39,219 nt of DNA from a virus. Taxonomy: Duplodnaviria; Caudoviricetes. Position numbers and translations under genes: made by a program. The stretch's first letter is position 1. Each line of letters opens with the position of its first letter. The notes below the pieces were generated by a model that ran no database searches, was not told the DNA's origin, and was given only the letters and a program-made list of their open reading frames with translations. The stretch lies in IMG/VR virus record IMGVR_UViG_3300025128_000119, positions 1 to 39,219 of that record. One strand, 5' to 3'. Below are positions 35,827 to 39,219 of this stretch, in pieces.

Positions 35827-36372
35827 TTACCTCATTAGGTGCATCACTAAATCTTCTAAGACACTCAACGCAATCGATAATGCGTCACGGTTTTCCTCGG
35901 TTAGTTCTACAGCACGGTGGGTTGCTCGGTCCAGGTTGCGCTTGGCTGCGTTGATGTCCTTCATAAACCTCTGCCAATCTTGAGTGGTGTCCTCATGCTC
36001 GCCCCTAACAAAAGATGATAATGTTTCTGCTGATGTTCCTTCCTCTAGTGCTGTACGTAACTGTTCAGCAGCTTCTCTGGGATGGAACTCGAACTTCTGC
36101 CATAAATCAAACATGGTATAGAAGTGTTTGGGGCTGGCTATCCTACCTCTAACCTTCGGGTTATACCTGCGGAATAATCTATAAGCCATGCCTGCTTTAG
36201 CCAGCCTGCCTACGTGCATGATACTAACACCGAGGGCTTGAGCTAACTTAATAGTCTCGCCCTCGGCATAGTTACCAACAACTCTTGATGCAGCCAGGCA
36301 CGTCACCCAACGGTGACGGTCACTTAGCTGATAGTTAGATACTGCTCGGTGATAGTTTTGCTCTAGACTCAT
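35827..36372 (-). CDS. Hypothetical protein with possible HTH
   Basis: TIKLAQALGVSIMHVGRL; start assumed at MSLEQ. Confidence 0.6.
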   Translation of the reverse strand: MSLEQNYHRAVSNYQLSDRHRWVTCLAASRVVGNYAEGETIKLAQALGVSIMHVGRLAKAGMAYRLFRRYNPKVRGRIASPKHFYTMFDLWQKFEFHPREAAEQLRTALEEGTSAETLSSFVRGEHEDTTQDWQRFMKDINAAKRNLDRATHRAVELTEENRDALSIALSVLEDLVMHLMR

Positions 36373-36700
36373 CTGTACAATATTTACCCCACAACGGGTC
36401 ACGTTTTGCTTCTACATCCCATAACAGTGTGTCTATTTGCCTAATAGACATACCCTGCTGGATGTAGTAAGGTTGGTTTTCCATAGTAAGTGCCTTGTCA
36501 TAGTCCACAGTCTCGACCATGTGTCGTAAATCTTTTATCTTGGGAAACCAATCCTCTGTGGTTATCCATTTATTTATAGCACGTTCCATCGTAGCATCGT
36601 CCACATCCTTGAACATACTGGCATACAACTTCCATGTACCAGCAGGAATGTTCTGATTAGGATAAGCAAATGCTAGTGGTTCAAATACTTTAGTCTGCAT
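36335..36700 (-). CDS. Helicase loader/inhibitor-like protein (G39P-like)
   Basis: LAFAYP...W......KD......AI......WFPKIKDL pattern directly after the initiator. Confidence 0.65.
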   Translation of the reverse strand: MQTKVFEPLAFAYPNQNIPAGTWKLYASMFKDVDDATMERAINKWITTEDWFPKIKDLRHMVETVDYDKALTMENQPYYIQQGMSIRQIDTLLWDVEAKRDPLWGKYCTDESRAKLSPSSI

Positions 36701-37406
36701 TAAAGGCCTCCTGTAATGTGTCTATACTAGTCTTACCTTTACCTTTTATCAAAGGCATCCTACCTTGCACAACCCAATCTGTCAACCACTTTATTGACAT
36801 AGGATTGTACCCACGTTCCAACCATTCCTGGTGATATGGAAGTAAATCATCCTCAGACTTATCTCCTATAACCTCAATGATGGTAGTGTATAACTCCTTT
36901 TTAGGATAGCGGTTAGTAATCTTTCTATATATTTGTATAGCCTTGTGTTGACTATCAGGATGACGAACTGCTTTTGTTCGTCCTAAGTTAACCTTGTTAT
37001 CAGTTAACTTAACTACTGATGGTTTGGGTGACATAGCTATGTCACCCCTAAAAACCCCAGATGTGGGGGGTATACTGTTTAGAGATGACATATTGTCACC
37101 CCTAACTTTCATAGGAGTTTCGTATTCCACCATGATTGCCTTGAGCTTTACCAAGTCTATACGGTACTCCCTGGGTCTATGTCTACTAGCTTTATGGACC
37201 ATCTCGATGTATCCATCTTTACGCAGGTCATTCATAATTCTTTGTACCTGTCGCTTAGACAGACATACCTTATGTGCTACACGTTCCATTGATGGGAAAA
37301 CTCGACCCCCCATATCATTGGCGTGGTCTGCCAGAGCTAACATGATTAGTTTCTGAGTTGGTTTTAGTGGTGTGTCAAACACCATGCTCATTATCTTTAT
37401 ACTCAT
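36690..37406 (-). CDS. Phage replication initiator (HTH_36-type N-terminus)
   Basis: KLIMLALADHAND.G...FPS...A....LS.RQVQR....L...GYI; internal GDxxS repeats. Confidence 0.85.
   Translation of the reverse strand: MSIKIMSMVFDTPLKPTQKLIMLALADHANDMGGRVFPSMERVAHKVCLSKRQVQRIMNDLRKDGYIEMVHKASRHRPREYRIDLVKLKAIMVEYETPMKVRGDNMSSLNSIPPTSGVFRGDIAMSPKPSVVKLTDNKVNLGRTKAVRHPDSQHKAIQIYRKITNRYPKKELYTTIIEVIGDKSEDDLLPYHQEWLERGYNPMSIKWLTDWVVQGRMPLIKGKGKTSIDTLQEAFNAD
37021..37105. repeat. Putative replication origin repeats inside the initiator gene
   Basis: Perfect 22-bp palindrome GGGTGACATAGCTATGTCACCC (37026-37047); TGTCACCCCTAA at 37040 and 37094; AT-rich flank 36985-37020. Confidence 0.65.
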
Positions 37407-37978
37407 TGCACCACCACCACATCTACGATGTACGAGCCTGCTGGACTAAAACGGTCACGTATGACCTCACCGTTTTCGACCCAGACTGGGTCACGCTGTA
37501 AGATGTCAAGCCTCACACTACCGTCATACTCTAGGGTATAAACAGCCCCACCTCTATCAATACACAGATAAGTATTCTTGAGCGCAGGTATATAGAACTT
37601 CGTACCAAGTGGATACTCACGAGGGCACGCTACTGTAGCATATTTCTCATGCCACCACGACCAGTGATGCCATCGCTTACCATCAGTCAGCCAGGATGTA
37701 CATTGCCCATCTACCACGTTATCTGGGTGACAGTTCGGACCCAGATTAGGCGGCCAATAATAACTCAGCCTTGCCCTTAGCTGTGGTTCTGTGGTAGGTT
37801 GTACTGTTGGTGTAGGTGGTACTGGTGTATTGGTTTCTATAGCTACGGCAGGAGCAACCAAAACTGCTGGTTGCTCCACTTCGTATCCTCTAAAAGCGTT
37901 CCAGATAACAACGCCAGTTACAAACCCTGCTACCATTGACATCGCAATCATAACTACGATAACTTCACGTCTAGTCAT
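37403..37978 (-). CDS. Membrane-anchored 3D/DPBB-like cell-wall-acting protein
   Basis: N-terminal TM, P/T linker, SYY..VACP...PLGT.......DRGGAV....LD motif; SD AAGGAGGT. Confidence 0.6.
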   Translation of the reverse strand: MTRREVIVVMIAMSMVAGFVTGVVIWNAFRGYEVEQPAVLVAPAVAIETNTPVPPTPTVQPTTEPQLRARLSYYWPPNLGPNCHPDNVVDGQCTSWLTDGKRWHHWSWWHEKYATVACPREYPLGTKFYIPALKNTYLCIDRGGAVYTLEYDGSVRLDILQRDPVWVENGEVIRDRFSPAGSYIVDVVVVQ

Positions 37979-37995
37979 AACAACCTCCTTAGACA

Positions 37996-38496
37996 TTATG
38001 TTTTAATTAAAGCTGTCACCTTCTTTGGTTTGTTATCTACACGAAGGTACGTACAAGTATATCCAGTCAAGTCATAGGTCTGGGTTGGGTCAAGCTGGTC
38101 TAAGTCTAAGATGTGAGCAATAGTCTCTGGCCAAACCGTAACTCCAAACTTAGTGAACGGTCCACCCTGTACCTTATAGTACGTCTTACCATCATTGACG
38201 CTACACACAAGTTTCTCAGCTGCAAACGTTTCAGTCTCAGCCGTGTCAGCTACTACCTGGGCTGGGGTCGTTGGTGGTGCGCCATTAGGTGCAGTGAATG
38301 TAGGTGGTGCGCCATTAGTTGCTGTGGTCTTACCAGTTGGTTCAATCCCATTCTCTAATAGGATACCTGCAAACATCCTAAAGCGTTCCAGCAAATGCGC
38401 CTCGCTCTCATCTCTAAGGGTGAACATTACTTCCCACCCTACACTAGTCTTGCCCTTGAAATTGATGCTACTCGGTGCTTCTGTATGCTGTGTCAT
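37996..38496 (-). CDS. Hypothetical protein (possibly ssDNA-binding/recombination)
   Basis: SD GAGGAGGT; NGAPPT duplicated (16-bp repeat at 38273 and 38303); beta-rich C-terminus. Confidence 0.6.
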   Translation of the reverse strand: MTQHTEAPSSINFKGKTSVGWEVMFTLRDESEAHLLERFRMFAGILLENGIEPTGKTTATNGAPPTFTAPNGAPPTTPAQVVADTAETETFAAEKLVCSVNDGKTYYKVQGGPFTKFGVTVWPETIAHILDLDQLDPTQTYDLTGYTCTYLRVDNKPKKVTALIKT

Positions 38497-38671
38497 AATT
38501 GACCTCCTCCCCTGTTCGGGTATCTAATAGCATAACTCTACTCATTTCGCCACACTCACGACAACGTGAGTACGCTGTTACTGAAGGTGGGTATTGAACT
38601 GAGCTATAATCATCGACCTGACCTTCACAACAGGCCGACAGCTCCTCTACGCTTCTGACTAACTCTTTCAC
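38468..38671 (-). CDS. Small zinc-ribbon protein
   Basis: SACC...CRECG; GTG start after AAAGGAGGT. Confidence 0.6.
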   Translation of the reverse strand: MKELVRSVEELSACCEGQVDDYSSVQYPPSVTAYSRCRECGEMSRVMLLDTRTGEEVNYDTAYRSTE

Positions 38672-38889
38672 GCTACCTCCTTTGCTGGGGGGTGAGGCTC
38701 TATACTTAGGCATACACTCAGAGTTGACCTAACCCCACCCCTTCCACAAAATGTGTACAGCAGTAAAAAGTCTTATGCTCATTGCCTGATGGCAACAAGA
38801 GAGTGAACACTCACTCTTTTGTGCGGATATACGTTTGTATCTAGAGGGACTATGCTCTTTGTGCATATCCGCACATAACAGCAAGTGTG

Positions 38890-39084
38890 CTATTGTTGGT
38901 CGGGTCTAATAACCCAGTTAATAAGACCGCCCTGATGATGACGGCTGAAAATCCTGTCATCCTCATCCCTGGCTTGTTCGGCATCACGTCTAATCGGAGC
39001 ATAGAACTTCCGACCTGTCAACTTGGATATAGCAACCCACTCACCCATTTCCCCCATGTCGGGGTCGTGATATTCTGTAGGCAT
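38890..39084 (-). CDS. Hypothetical protein, 64 aa (partial variant copy at 1-168)
   Basis: MPTEYHDP start after GGGAGGTG. Confidence 0.7.
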   Translation of the reverse strand: MPTEYHDPDMGEMGEWVAISKLTGRKFYAPIRRDAEQARDEDDRIFSRHHQGGLINWVIRPDQQ

Positions 39085-39219
39085 ATACACCTCCCTGTCA
39101 ATTAACATGCTTCTCTGATGTACGTAACCAAGCTGCATGATTGTCTAGCACTTCATCCAACTCATACGTACCCAAATACTGTTCACACGCCCTACGTACT
39201 ACCTCACTCCTAGTAATGG
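38917..39219. repeat. Terminal direct repeat, right copy
   Basis: Matches 1-303 with 5 mismatches. Confidence 0.95.

Noticed and set aside
1-39219. Lysogeny module or alternative genetic code
   Set aside because: No integrase or CI-like repressor recognised; core genes are intact in the standard code.

Overview
Apparently complete ~38.9-kb circularly permuted dsDNA tailed-phage genome (podovirus-like: no tape measure or sheath recognised, giant ejection-type protein). Positions 1-303 recur at 38917-39219 with 5 mismatches. The minus strand (34485-39219 continuing into 1-5012) carries early, replication and host-interaction genes: HTH replication initiator with internal origin-like repeats, helicase loader/inhibitor-like protein, PD-(D/E)XK nuclease, RHH regulator, gp88-like protein and many small orphans with near-identical strong SD leaders. 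The plus strand (6431-34357) carries terS, terL, portal, ejection proteins, scaffold, SU10-type capsid, GT2 plus methyltransferase, tail, tail fibre, a two-catalytic-domain endolysin and a phosphoesterase. No integrase, DNA polymerase, tRNA, CRISPR or RT was recognised. Endolysin domains suggest a Chloroflexota host (inference from recalled similarity). The most interesting signals are non-coding. (i) A ~590-nt region with nested long-range helices (5151-5735) is a candidate new large phage ncRNA. (ii) A largely helically phased array of a 17-bp motif (GTAnGnCTATACGCAAY) lies upstream of terS, with two distant copies, one filling the spacer of a TTGACA promoter. (iii) A ~120-nt promoter-to-terminator sRNA candidate (34362-34482) exposes an anti-Shine-Dalgarno sequence matching the early-gene SD class; several other genes appear leaderless. 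All family assignments are by motif recognition without database searches.
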